Source: Eledone cirrhosa
Lineage: Eukaryota
Assembly (NCBI GenBank): GCA_964016885.1
Contig: OZ024754.1
Coordinates: 4,030,001 to 4,094,000 of the forward strand
Direction: 5' to 3'
DNA: 64,000 bases
The translations under genes were made by a program, and so were the position numbers. Under the pieces are notes generated by a model, which made no database searches, was not told the origin of the DNA, and saw nothing but the letters and a program-made list of their open reading frames with translations. This document shows positions 1-15,253 of this stretch, one piece after another; within the stretch, counting starts at the first letter, position 1, and each line of letters begins with the position of its first letter.

Positions 1-205
<205 letters not shown>

Positions 206-688
206 CAAACACACATTATTTTTTCTTCTTTTAATTGTTGAACAAAATAACTTCTAACAGAATTAGACGAAAAGAAAAAAAGAAGGATGAAAGCAAGGCA
301 AATAAAAATGATATACTCACTAACTAGTGATGAATGAAATATGAAGTAGACACCCACCTGCATTGAAATGTTTCTACAAGTAGAATAATTATTGGAATTC
401 TGTTCAGGAATTAGAGATCTTGTGTGCGTTAATTTAATTATATTCCCTTCCAGTGGAGCATACATAGTATAAGGTGTTACAGATTAATGTTGTCCATGCA
501 AGTAACCATAATTTGAACATAGCTGAAGATATGCATCAATATGAATTTCTGGAGTGATGCTATGAGGTCAATCATCTTGAAAGAAATAGCAGTCAAATCT
601 TCTTCAATTTTCACACGTTTATGTTTATTTAAATTGTCACATTTTGCAGCATGGAATATGGTAGATGGTACATATCTAAGTCCATTGT

Positions 689-1601
<913 letters not shown>

Positions 1602-1604
1602 CGA

Positions 1605-1772
1605 CTCAGCGTAACACAGAATGTGACAAGACTGGCCGTTCGAATTGCAGGTACAACTCATTTTTGCCAGCTGAGTGGACTGGAGCAACGTGAAATAAAG
1701 TGTCTTGGTATCGAACTCCCAATCCTACGGTTATGAGCCGCATACCCTAAACAGAAATCCATGTTCCTTCAC
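1605..1772 (-). mobile_element. tRNA-derived SINE family B (CORE-like), internally deleted copy
   Basis: GGAGCAACGTGAAATAAAGTGTCTTG is the reverse complement of CAAGACACTTTATTTCACGTTGCTCC in the 48250 copy. B-box-like GTTCGATACC on minus. Confidence 0.75.
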
Positions 1773-2049
1773 TTTTTACCAGTAATTCAAAGATAACTTC
1801 TTGGGATATTGTTTTAAACTGAATCTTCCTGAGAACTATTTTAATGTTACATATATGTGCGTATCTAGGGATTAAGTAAGCCTGATGATCAATTGAGCGG
1901 ATACCTCAAATGTATTCGTAGAAAGTGACGGAGGATCTATTAAATATATATATTTAAATAGATGTGTGTGTGTACGTGTGTGAATGTATACATATATGTA
2001 TATACATATATGTGCATGTGTTTGTGCACGTGCGTGGGTGCATACATCA

Positions 2050-2080
<31 letters not shown>

Positions 2081-2081
2081 G

Positions 2082-2125
<44 letters not shown>

Positions 2126-2708
2126 GTTTATTATGTTATATTATATTATATGTACACACAACGACACGCCATTTATCGACATACAACCACGATATTTTTT
2201 TTCTCATAAATATAATGAATTCACACATCATTTAACATCGCCATGCTGGCATTAACAATCGCTCTTTTCTTTTCTATTTTCTTTATTGGCACCCTTACAT
2301 ATGTAGCAGTGTCAAAACTGTCTTTAATAACCAGACTATTGCATGATATGTTACTCTTACACAACAAAGCCATTGTACATGCCATATTTGGTTTGTGCGT
2401 AATCTAGACAATTCTGTTTCTGCACAAACCTTTTTCACCACGTTCAAGAGACGTTAAAGCAAATGATTCACGTTATGTAATCACAATTATAATACAACAG
2501 TTTTGTTGTTGTTATTGTTGTTGATTTGGTTTCTTTTAACTTCCACTGTTACGAGGAACTATTTCTCGCTGAGACCATAAGCTGTGGGCAACTTTTATTG
2601 AAGTTCACCTGACACCCATGCCTAATATTTATTACAACTCATTTATATGATTAGTTTTATCGGTAGATAGAAATACAGAAATGTAGGGTTAACCCTAACC
2701 CTAACCCT

Positions 2709-3219
2709 TCAGAAATGTAAGTATAAAGAAAACGTCTTCATAAAGTGATGAAAAGAGGAGGAGGATCTTTCAAATGCATTACGAAATTTATAAGAATGGT
2801 ACGGACAATCTTCGGTTTCAATGACAAATATTCCAGTTGATCGATCAATGAAGTATTCTGCTTGTAAAATTAACGTGAATATGTCTGAGTATTCCACAAA
2901 CACTTGTAGCATTAACATAATTCACAAAGGGATTCAACATGAAGCATGAGTCTTACGCCTGGCTTTTTGATTTGCATGTACACTCCATCGTTGTTTGTGT
3001 TACCCCAATGGCGTAGCAAATGGTGATTGCTGAAGAATACATTCAGTGGGAACGAACGTGGGACGTTATGATAGCAAAAATTAACTCTTAACCATTTAAT
3101 CATGTTGGATCCGTACAATATATTTTACTTGATGTAAATAAGTAAGATTTTCTGAAGCATCTTCTGTGTATTGAAATTTCCTTTCAAGTGGGAACTGTTG
3201 TATTTTGAGACATCCTGTA
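2709..3219 (-). mobile_element. Decayed Tc1/mariner-like DNA transposon relic
   Basis: Terminus reads TA-CAGGATGTCTCAAAA on minus (3219-3203), resembling Tc1/mariner TIR starts with a TA target. Minus peptide SFPLNVFFSNHHLLRHWGNTN resembles the FxLNGxVNxxNxRxWxxxNP motif after the first catalytic Asp. No second TIR seen. Confidence 0.4.
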
Positions 3220-3823
3220 ATTAATATCAAATATTTTACCTAGAGCTCACAATAAGCGAATTGTCATCATATACTACAATTACACTGTTTACTTTGTGAC
3301 AAGCGTTTACAAATCTAAGTTAATTATTTAACTTCAATATTAATCAAAATATTTCTATTACTATTAATAAAACCTTTGAAAGATATTTTATAATACTCTT
3401 TATATATTAACACAAATTTTAATATCTGAAAAATTTGAAAGATTTTTAATATTTTGAAAGAAAATTTAAAAGTATATTTTCTTTGCATTGAGAAATTATT
3501 TAACATTCCAAAATCAGAAATTATAATTTCCGCTATAGCGTTTAGTTTCTTTTATTTTATTTATATTAATTTTAAGTATAATGAAAATATGAACTCTCGT
3601 TATAAATATATGAGTGTAGCGAATCTCAAATCAGAAATTCTTCCGGTAGTGTTCTCATTATCAGATAATTTTTCTCTGTAGAATTCATTAAAACGGAAGT
3701 ATAACTAAATTTTGAAATCTTCATCTTTATTTATATATGAAATATTTCTGTAAACACCGAAAACTTTTCTCTTGTGTTCTTAACACATATCTATACATAC
3801 ACACATGCTTATACACATACATG

Positions 3824-3872
<49 letters not shown>

Positions 3873-4048
3873 GTATATGTGTGTGTGTATGCGTGTGTGT
3901 ATACATGTGTATGCGCGTGTATTTTTATGCGGTATACCAGAGATTTCTAACATAAACTAAGCAACGATCGAATATATCACTAATGAATTGTATATATAGA
4001 CAATATAACAGTTTACTTTTGTGTAAACACTCACCATTAACATTATAT

Positions 4049-4113
<65 letters not shown>

Positions 4114-5044
4114 AGCTGATTGATACATTCCTTTGTAATATCACGCGGATTCTTCAGCAGTTAGTCTCGTTATATAATCATTATGTCATGGGTTCGATTC
4201 CTGAGCTGTGTTCTGTGTGGTGTTCTTGTTGCGTTTATTATATATATATATATATGTATGTATGCATATAAATTCTCATAGATTTAATATTGTATATGAG
4301 ATATCACAGGGATATATGTTCTCGATTGTGTGGAAATTCATTAAGGTGATGTATAGTTTTTGTTGGCTAAACTGGAAAATTTCTTGATGATGGATTTCAT
4401 TTCCATGTTTCGAAAACAATATCATCTAGGATAATGTCACTCTATATATTCTACAGGGACAGAAACCTAATGCCATTCCAACAGCTGAGAACTAAATACA
4501 ATCCCTTTTACATCAGTCAAACTTTTATCTATATCTTCTACACACTATCTCTGTAAAATATACATTAAGATCATCGTACAGGGAAGACGTACTTGTGGGT
4601 ATGTTATCCAAAAGTTACTTACTTTAAAAAATTGAGAAGAAGACCAGCTGTAGGTAAATTTCCTGAGTGTGGTTCGGACTCACAGTAAAGAGCAAGATTT
4701 ATTTAATCTTAAATGCATTTCTATATTAAATTCATGGCAAATCCTAAAGCCGTTTGGTAAAAAAATTTGACACTTAAAACCCGATGATATTGAAAATAAA
4801 GTCGTGGGTGTAAGCTAATTATATTAGAAAATTATGGAAAGAAGAAGAATAAAACGATGAAATCAATGATATTGAGTATACCTTACATGCTCGTGATTGG
4901 TGAAATACAAAAACATATACGTACATATATTTAACTGCAATATATATTTCATTAGATTCCCGAATGTAAATTCATGATTTTAAAACGTGTTTCTATAACC
5001 GAACCACTACACATGTAAAGGATACTCATACAAATATACCGTGT

Positions 5045-5085
<41 letters not shown>

Positions 5086-5224
5086 CACACTCATATACAT
5101 ACATATATACATACATACATACATACATACATACATACATACATACATTTCTTTTCTTTTACAACCTTGCCACCAGGAAGGTGGCCGGTCAAAAAAATAT
5201 ACTCGAAATTAAGAGAAAGAGAAA

Positions 5225-7216
5225 ACATACATACATACATACATGCATACATACATACATACATACATACATACATACACATACATACATACATACATAC
5301 ACATACATACATACATACATACATACATACATACATACATACATACATACATACATACACATACATACATACATACATACACATACATACATACATACAT
5401 ACATACATACATAGATACATACATACATACATACATACATACATACATACATACACATACATACATACATACATACACATACATACATACATACATACAT
5501 ACATACATACATACATACATACACATACATACATACATACATACACATACATACATACATACATACATACATACATACATACATACACATACATACATAC
5601 ATACATACACATACATACATACATACATACATACATACATACATACATACATACATACATACATACATACATACATACATAGATACATACATACATACAT
5701 ACATACATACATACATACATACATACATACATACATACATACATACATACATACATACATACATACATACACATACATACATACATACATACACACATAC
5801 ATACATACATACATACATACATACATACATACATACATACATACATACATACATACATACATACATACATACATACATACATACATACACACATACATAC
5901 ATACATACATACATACATACATACATACATACACATACATACATACATACATACACATACATACATACATACATACATACATACATAGATACATACATAC
6001 ATACATACACAGACATACATACATACATACATACATACATACATACATACATACATACATACATACATACATACATACATACATACATACATACACATAC
6101 ATACATACATACATACATACATACATACATACATACATACATACATACATACATACACATACATACATACATACATACACATACATACATACATACATAC
6201 ATACATACATACATACATACATACACATACATACATACATACATACACATACATACATACATACATACACATACATACATACATACATACATACATACAT
6301 ACATACATACACATACATACATACATACATACACATACATACATACATACATACACATACATACATACATACATACATACATACATACATACATACATAC
6401 ATACATACATACATACATACACATACATACATACATACATACACATACATACATACATACATACACATACATACATACATACATACATACATACATACAT
6501 ACATACACATACATACATACATACATACACATACATACATACATACATACATACATACATACATACATACACATACATACATACATACATACACATACAT
6601 ACATACATACATACACATACATACATACATACATACATACATACATACATACATACATACATACATACATAGATACATACATACATACACACATACATAC
6701 ATACATACATACATACATACATACATACATACACATACATACATACATACATACACATACATACATACATACATACACATACATACATACATACATACAT
6801 ACATACATACATACATACATACATACATACATACATACATACACATACATACATACATACATACACATACATACATACATACATACACATACATACATAC
6901 ATACATACATACATACATACATACATACACATACATACATACATACATACACATACATACATACATACATACATACATACATACATACATACACATACAT
7001 ACATACATACATACACATACATACATACATACATACACATACATACATACATACATACATACATACATACATACATACATACATACATACATAGATACAT
7101 ACATACATACACACATACATACATACATACATACATACATACATACATACATACATACATACATACATACATACACATACATACATACATAGATACATAC
7201 ATACATACATACATAC
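5225..7216. repeat. About 2-kb (TACA)n tetranucleotide array with CA and GATA variants
   Basis: Direct reading. Source of the 650-725 aa MYVC/HTYI ORFs. Confidence 0.97.
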
Positions 7217-7317
7217 AAAAAACTTCTGCACAGCAGCTCAATAGAGTTGACAAAGTATGAGGGATCAAAGAGGTAACATGATCATTATCATCAAACTACT
7301 CACATTACTCTTATGTC

Positions 7318-7614
7318 TCCTCCTCCTCCTCCTCCTCATCACATCATCATCATCATCATCATCATCATCGTCTTAGTCGACGTTGTTGCTACAGTCATCA
7401 TCATCATCTCCATCATCATCATCTCTATCTTCATCCTTATATTCATCATCATCGTCCTCATCAACGTTCTTGTTACCGCCGTCGTCATTATCATCTCTAT
7501 CATCATCATCATCATCATCATCATCAACATCATTAACATCACCATTATAATCATCATCATCGTCATCATCATCATCATCATCATCATCATCAACATCATT
7601 AACATCACCATTAT

Positions 7615-7659
<45 letters not shown>

Positions 7660-7699
7660 CATCATTATCATCACCATTATAATCATCATCATGATCATG

Positions 7700-7731
<32 letters not shown>

Positions 7732-8227
7732 CATCATTATCATCACCATTATAATCATCATCATGATCATCATCATCATCATCATTATAATTATAATTAT
7801 CGTCTTCATCACCATCAGCATCATCACCATAATCACCATTGTCAGCATCAGATTCATCATCATCATCACCAACTTCAACAGTATAATCACCACCACCACC
7901 ACCACCCACACCACCAACAACATCAACCTCATCATCCCCACCATCGTCGTCATCCTTATCGCCCTCATTATCACTATGATCATCATCATGACCATCATCA
8001 AGTCCATTACCATGTCGACGACGACAATGATGATGATGATGATGATGATCATCATCATCATCATCATCATCGTCATTATCATTGTCCTCATCTTAATTAT
8101 ATACGTGATGACTCTTTGATGTACCAAATTATGATAATGATGATAGACATCACAGTCTATAAATATTACCACAATCTATTCATCATAATTTTACGCCATC
8201 ATCATCAAAATCAACAGCATTATCACT

Positions 8228-8261
<34 letters not shown>

Positions 8262-8895
8262 CCATCACCATCATCATCATTGACATTATCAACATCAACT
8301 TTATCAGTGTTATCAGTGTGGTCTTCATTACCAGCACCAGCAATGGAGGTCTCACAGCATTATCAGTGAAATCGCCATTAAAAAAAAAATCATCATAATC
8401 ATCAACACGACAACATCATTAGCATCATCATAATCATCATCATCTTTGTCATCATCGTCGTCGTCGTCGTCGTCGTCGTTGTTGTGTATTTCATCTTCAA
8501 CATCATCTTCATCATCATCATCATCGCCATTATCGTCATCATCATTCTCATTTTCTTCATTTTCTATTCCTTCTTCATCACCACCATACTCATATTCTTC
8601 ATGTTCCTACTCCTCCTCCTCCTTCTCCTCCTCAACAACATCATCACCATCGTCATCATCATCGTCATTATCATTATCATTTTCATCCACCTCATCATCA
8701 TTCTCATTTTCTTCATTTCGTCATCATCGTTCACTTTTTCCTCATCATCATCATCATCAACATCCTCATTTTTTTTTTCATTTGCTTCATCATCATCTTG
8801 ATTCTCTTCACCATCATCATCATCATCCTCATCATCATCATCATCATCGTGAACTTTACCACCATCACCATTATCCTAAGCATCACGGTCACCAT
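7318..8895. repeat. Degenerate (CAT)n-dominated trinucleotide region
   Basis: Runs of CAT/CAC/CGT with internal duplications such as CAACATCATTAACATCACCATTATAAT twice. Confidence 0.9.
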
Positions 8896-9022
8896 AACTG
8901 AGACATCTATTGCCCACTCATCAATCTGGTTCCCCTAACAAATCCTTACACATTCTAACACTTCCAACTTCTAACAGTGACCATACATCTTATCAACATC
9001 AACCTCGTCATCATAACAATGC

Positions 9023-9230
9023 TTTACAACACTGACAAAACTCCAGCATGTTTAGGGAGACGTCCATTATGTCGTCCCCAGTGTTGAAGTGTCATCTTAT
9101 TTTGTCGACCCTTGAAGGATAAAGAAGAAAGATGAATTCGTCGAGATTTGAACTTGGAATGTATTACGCCGAAAGAAACACCACAGGGATATTTTGTCAA
9201 ACGTTCTGCCAATTCTTCCAATAGACGGCA
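9023..9230 (-). mobile_element. SINE family A, diverged copy
   Basis: TTATTTTGTCGACCC...GATTTGAACT...GCCAATTC matches the reverse complement of the 32147 copy. Confidence 0.6.
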
Positions 9231-9415
9231 ATAAAAAAAACAAGAAGATTCTGGGAGGCACAGTAGATTTCAGGGTGATAATTAGTGTTAGTATCTGAGG
9301 CTTTGATGTGAAATTATAGAACCGTGAAGTATGACACGTTAACAGAAACATTTTACTTTTCCCCCTCATATATATATATATATGAAAAACCGTAGATGTT
9401 CTGAACTCTAACTAC

Positions 9416-9500
<85 letters not shown>

Positions 9501-9617
9501 CTCCCACCCACTAAATAATATCAATGCATGTTCGATAATAAATACGCATAAAAATGTTCATTCATTGCATGCTTAAATGTGCAATGTAAATATTTGAATT
9601 CAATTGCCATGCTTATA

Positions 9618-9652
<35 letters not shown>

Positions 9653-9767
9653 GGGGGGGGGTATGTGTGGGGGGGGGGTATGTGTGGGTGTGTGTGTGTG
9701 TGTGTGTGTGTGTGCTCACAAAATGAAAACTCACAGTGCCATAAACTCTCGACCGGATGCAGAGCTG

Positions 9768-9844
<77 letters not shown>

Positions 9845-10388
9845 TTATATGCCCGTTGAAAGCTTGAGCCTATGTCGTTGCCTTTTCAATACAAAATTCA
9901 AACAAAATACTCATCACAAAACAACAGCAATCAAAACAAACACCACACATAGCTAAACGCTTATTATATTTATTACACATCACATTAACGTATAATGCTG
10001 TGAAAATATGAATAAATTCGTATCATTTGATCATATTGAAGTTATTTCTTTATGAATCTAGTGTAATACGACATAATAAATCTATAAATTAGAATAAAAG
10101 CAACTGTGTAATCCCCCTTCCAACTTCTTTATACTGTGTTTCATTTTATATTTTTCTATAAATATGTTTTCCATGCATTTAATTTATAATTCTTTGTTTT
10201 ATTGAAATTTCGCCGGCCTGTTCACATATGTTTATATATGTATATACACACACACATACGCACATACACATGCATATGTGTATGTATATATATCATGTTT
10301 GTGTATGTGTGTTTCCGCAATGGTAATTGGTTTCGAATATGAATATTTTGTTTTCGTCTCTGCTTTGCTGTATTTATTTTTAAATATG

Positions 10389-10450
<62 letters not shown>

Positions 10451-10779
10451 CGTGTGTGTGAATGCCTGGGTGTGTAGGAGTGTGTCGGCCTATTTATATA
10501 AGTTGCTGATAGTAATATTCGATATAAGTTGGGAACTTTTTCTGTTTCTCTTCGCTGTCAGCTTTAATATTTTGACTTCATCAGTCTATATTTATGATTG
10601 ATTTCAATATTATTTAACGACTCATTTTCCTATTTCTCTTTTTGTATTTATTTAAGCTGTTATCTTATGTTTGCTCGTTGTTAATTTGGTTAGATTTGCT
10701 TTGAATTATTTTTTACTTTCGATTTTTATATTTACTCATTTATTTAGATATATACTCCATTTCATGTATTTATCTCGAC

Positions 10780-10874
<95 letters not shown>

Positions 10875-11446
10875 TGATTATATATATATGATTATATATT
10901 TATATATATATATATATAAAAGAAAGAATTATAAACATAGAAATACAAATCAGCTATACACTCTTCTCCATTTGTTGTTATCTTTTGCTAAGTTACCGCA
11001 TCCTCGCTGCCAACTTATATTCAACTTCCCCACTTGTCATCTGGGTGATCATCAACCCCAAGCCCACCACCACCACCGCCCCTCCATCCTACACAAAGTT
11101 ACTGACGAACGGGGTACAGTCTCCGAGAGTTCGTTTGAAACTATCAACATTTTTTCAACAACTCGTTTTATTTTCTGTTCATTTACATTTTTTTCTATAT
11201 GTATTATTATTTTTAATTATCTTTACTATTAATATTATTATTATTAATAATAATATTTGTAGTGTTTTACAATGTGAATTGATTTTTTTTTTCTTTATGT
11301 ATATTTTTTGAGGGGGTAAGGGGCTTTTCTGTCTTGCTGGGGTTATATGGTTAGTGTATTTCCTGCCGATTTTAAACATCAACGCCATTACATTATTTTA
11401 TTCTATTTTATTTTAGATTACATATTGTTCTTGTTAGAAGAGTTTT

Positions 11447-11529
<83 letters not shown>

Positions 11530-11646
11530 TGGACATAAATGCATACAAATACATATCTTCTCAATCTCGTTCCATTTATAACTCTCTCTCTTTCCCTCTC
11601 TCTGTATATATACATATATATATGTATATATATACATATATATATG

Positions 11647-11725
<79 letters not shown>

Positions 11726-11789
11726 ATTTATATATATATATATATATGTATATATATGTATGTATATACAAGCATATATATGTACATAC

Positions 11790-11836
<47 letters not shown>

Positions 11837-12394
11837 AAACATGTGTCCAAGTGTGTATGTATAAAAGAATGCATGCATATATATATATACATGTATGTGT
11901 GTTTGTAATAACCTCCAAAATTTCGTTTCATTGAAGTTGGCATTGTTGTTATTATTATTGTTGTCGGCTTTGCTTGTTATATTATTTCGTTGATTTTTCA
12001 TATTTTTCATATTTTTCATAACATATATTTTGTTCTTTTCTTATTTTCATGACACTGTAAGGTTTGCCCTGTTCCTTAAAACTGTTTTTTTTTTTTTGCT
12101 TAAATTATTTTGTTTATACTCAGTTGTTTTATTCATGGTTATTTGTTGTGTTTTTGGTTGCTTAGTTGAACATTTCGCCCTTTATTGCATGATAAATATC
12201 ACTAATTTTATCTTCAATATAGGCTTGTTGTTTCATCTGCTTTATGCACGGATTTTATTTAACAATTTTATTTGCACACATATGTGCAGATGCATCGACC
12301 TATAGATGTGTGCATATATACATATATAAGTATGTATATATATATATATACATATATGTGTATATATATATATGTATATATATATACATATATG

Positions 12395-12426
<32 letters not shown>

Positions 12427-12480
12427 CATATATGTATATATATATATATACATATATGTATATATATATATACATATATG

Positions 12481-12621
<141 letters not shown>

Positions 12622-12631
12622 TTATATATAA

Positions 12632-12665
<34 letters not shown>

Positions 12666-13105
12666 ATAAATATATATGTGTGTTTATGTATATGTATATT
12701 ATATATATATATGTGTATGTGTATGTGTGTGTGTATATAAGTACATACATACATATATATATATATATTATATATATATATATACGTACGTACTTACTTT
12801 GCTCTCTGTATATTTTGTCTTTCTTTAAAAGAACTGCATTTTTATTAGAGCATATCTGCCTTTGGCTGTTAATCTTTTGAGTTCACTCACATCTGAATGC
12901 AATTTACAAAATGTTTCTTGAAATCTAAACGGCTTTATCTGGTTGATTGTTTTTACTATATATGTATATATTTTTTTATTTTAAGTACGATGCCTTATTT
13001 TATCGCTCAAAAGGTTCTTTTTATTTTTGTTCCTAGGCTTTTTTAGCATATGTGCAAATGTGAATTTCAGTAAGTGTCACTAAAAGATCGCTTAAAACCT
13101 TCGTG

Positions 13106-13197
<92 letters not shown>

Positions 13198-14253
13198 GGA
13201 ATATATAAAGCCGATGGACAAACATAAGTACGGAAATAAAACAAACAGCAACAGGAAAAACACACGAAAATAATGCTTCAGAGGCAAACTGATGAAAAAC
13301 AGTTAGAAAGAGAGATGCGTTAGAAATATAAAGAGTGAGAAGGAGAGATAGTGAGTGAGTATAAAGAAAGGCCAATACAAAAAAGTGAGATGTAGTGGAG
13401 AAAAGTGGGAACGGAAGAGACATGGGGGCAATAAAAGAATAACTCGTTTCCCTTCAAAGCCATTAGAACAAGTCCTTCATTCCATTCTATGTTGATTGCT
13501 TTGACGCTCAGTTGATCCACTCCACAAGGCTGTGAAGATTCAATTTAGATTTTTATCACTTCTTCTTTTTCCGGAAGTCCATTTGCATGTAGCAATGGAC
13601 ATGTCACAGCCCATTGTTTTCGTAAGCAAGCTTTGACCCTTGGTGCAGTGATAGAAAAACTTGATACATGGGTGATAAAATCTGCAATGGCCAACGTTTG
13701 TCCGACTCTTATTTTGCATCTTGCACCACATTACCATTGTGTTCTCAAGCGAAAACAAGCCTGAAGCATCATAAAACATGGCTGCTACATTTTTTTACGT
13801 CTTCATTCAATACAAGATTTAGTTAGTTTCCTTTTTTATTTTTTCTGTATTTTCTAAATAATTTTCCTTTTTTTCTTTTTTCGACTTGTATTTCTTCTTC
13901 CTTTTACCTTCAGACATTTTTTTTATTTTATTTTTTTCTGTCTCCATACTCTAGCCTTCCTTCATTTGTTTTACGTATTTCATCTGGAGTTACTTTTTTT
14001 TTTCTATATCATCATCATTATCATCGTCATCATCATTATATTCTTCTATTACATATTCTTATTCTTCGTATTCTTCTTCTTTCTTCTGCTTCTAATCAGC
14101 TTTAGCCTCGTACACACTTATTACATTTCATCTCTCCCTTATTCTCTTCCTGTTTTATTAAATTATTTATTCTTTTACAATATATATCTACCCCAACGTT
14201 ATTTACCTCCTTTATTTTCCCCATAAGCATTTACACACGCGTTTATATATAAC

Positions 14254-14320
<67 letters not shown>

Positions 14321-14912
14321 CATTCCATTCTGTTTTTTATTACATTTCTTTGCCCTATCAATATATATATATGTGTGTGTGCGTGTGACGCTGTCATGGG
14401 GCAGCAATCTACGTGATTTTTTTAACGTAAGGATAGTGCAAGTAGCTGTTGGCGTTTGTTTCAGACCAATATTATATATATATATATATATATAAGTAAT
14501 GTACATAAAGAAATGGCTATTCTTCTTCAGCTGGTCTGGGGAACAATGCAAAAATGGCAAATTCAATCATCAGAATTGCCATTTTACTGTAGATAGAATT
14601 TCGTCGAAGTGTTTCATGTTTAAACTTATTGATATTCGTTCATGGTTTTTTGGGGGGGTTATCTTTTTTACAGTTTTATTATTTTTTTGCAAGATACTTC
14701 AGATTTAACTTATGCCTGGTTGACCCTGGATGTGCCTGGATGCAAACAATTGTCATCAAATATCCCGGTTCGTAATTTGTTACCTTTCTTCATTTGCCTG
14801 GTTCCTACTAGGGTTACTGTATTCAGAGTTTTTCATAAAAGATTACTATTAATTTTCAAAGATTATATTACGACAATTTATTAATAATAGCTGATAGACA
14901 AAGGTCATGTGA

Positions 14913-14993
<81 letters not shown>

Positions 14994-14997
<4 letters not shown>

Positions 14998-15186
14998 AAA
15001 AGAGTCAGGACCCCGACAGCTGAGCTGCGGCCGGTTCGACAGCTAGAACTGAAATCAGATCTGTCTGTCGAAACGGCCGTTTAGCCGTCGGAGTCCTGAC
15101 TCTATTCCTATTACCCACTCTACTACACAAAGTATCGAGTACTCTGGTGCGTGATGGTCCACCTGGTTCCTTACCACAGTTCCTTC

Positions 15187-15190
<4 letters not shown>
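14994..15190 (+). mobile_element. (TA)n-embedded palindromic element family P1, copy 1 (HHR 3' half, fold-back arm, ~80-bp tail); putative non-autonomous Penelope-like
   Basis: Imperfect palindrome 14994-15110. GAAA-CGGC-loop-GCCG-TC at 15070-15089. Tail shared with the 30153 and 52712 copies. (TA)n on both sides. Confidence 0.75.

Positions 15191-15253
<63 letters not shown>

Noticed and set aside
5041-7268. 650-725 aa ORFs
   Set aside because: Translations of (TACA)n, open in several frames on both strands.
7313-8901. Poly-Asp/His/Ile/Ser ORFs resembling acidic or His-rich proteins
   Set aside because: Degenerate (CAT)n microsatellite with no splice or domain support.
10985-11311. ORF with a PPSY motif
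   Set aside because: Non-ATG start, runs into AT-rich low-complexity sequence, no recognisable family.
13289-13312. CTGATGA...GAAA hammerhead-like spacing
   Set aside because: No convincing stem I, stem III or NUH triplet.
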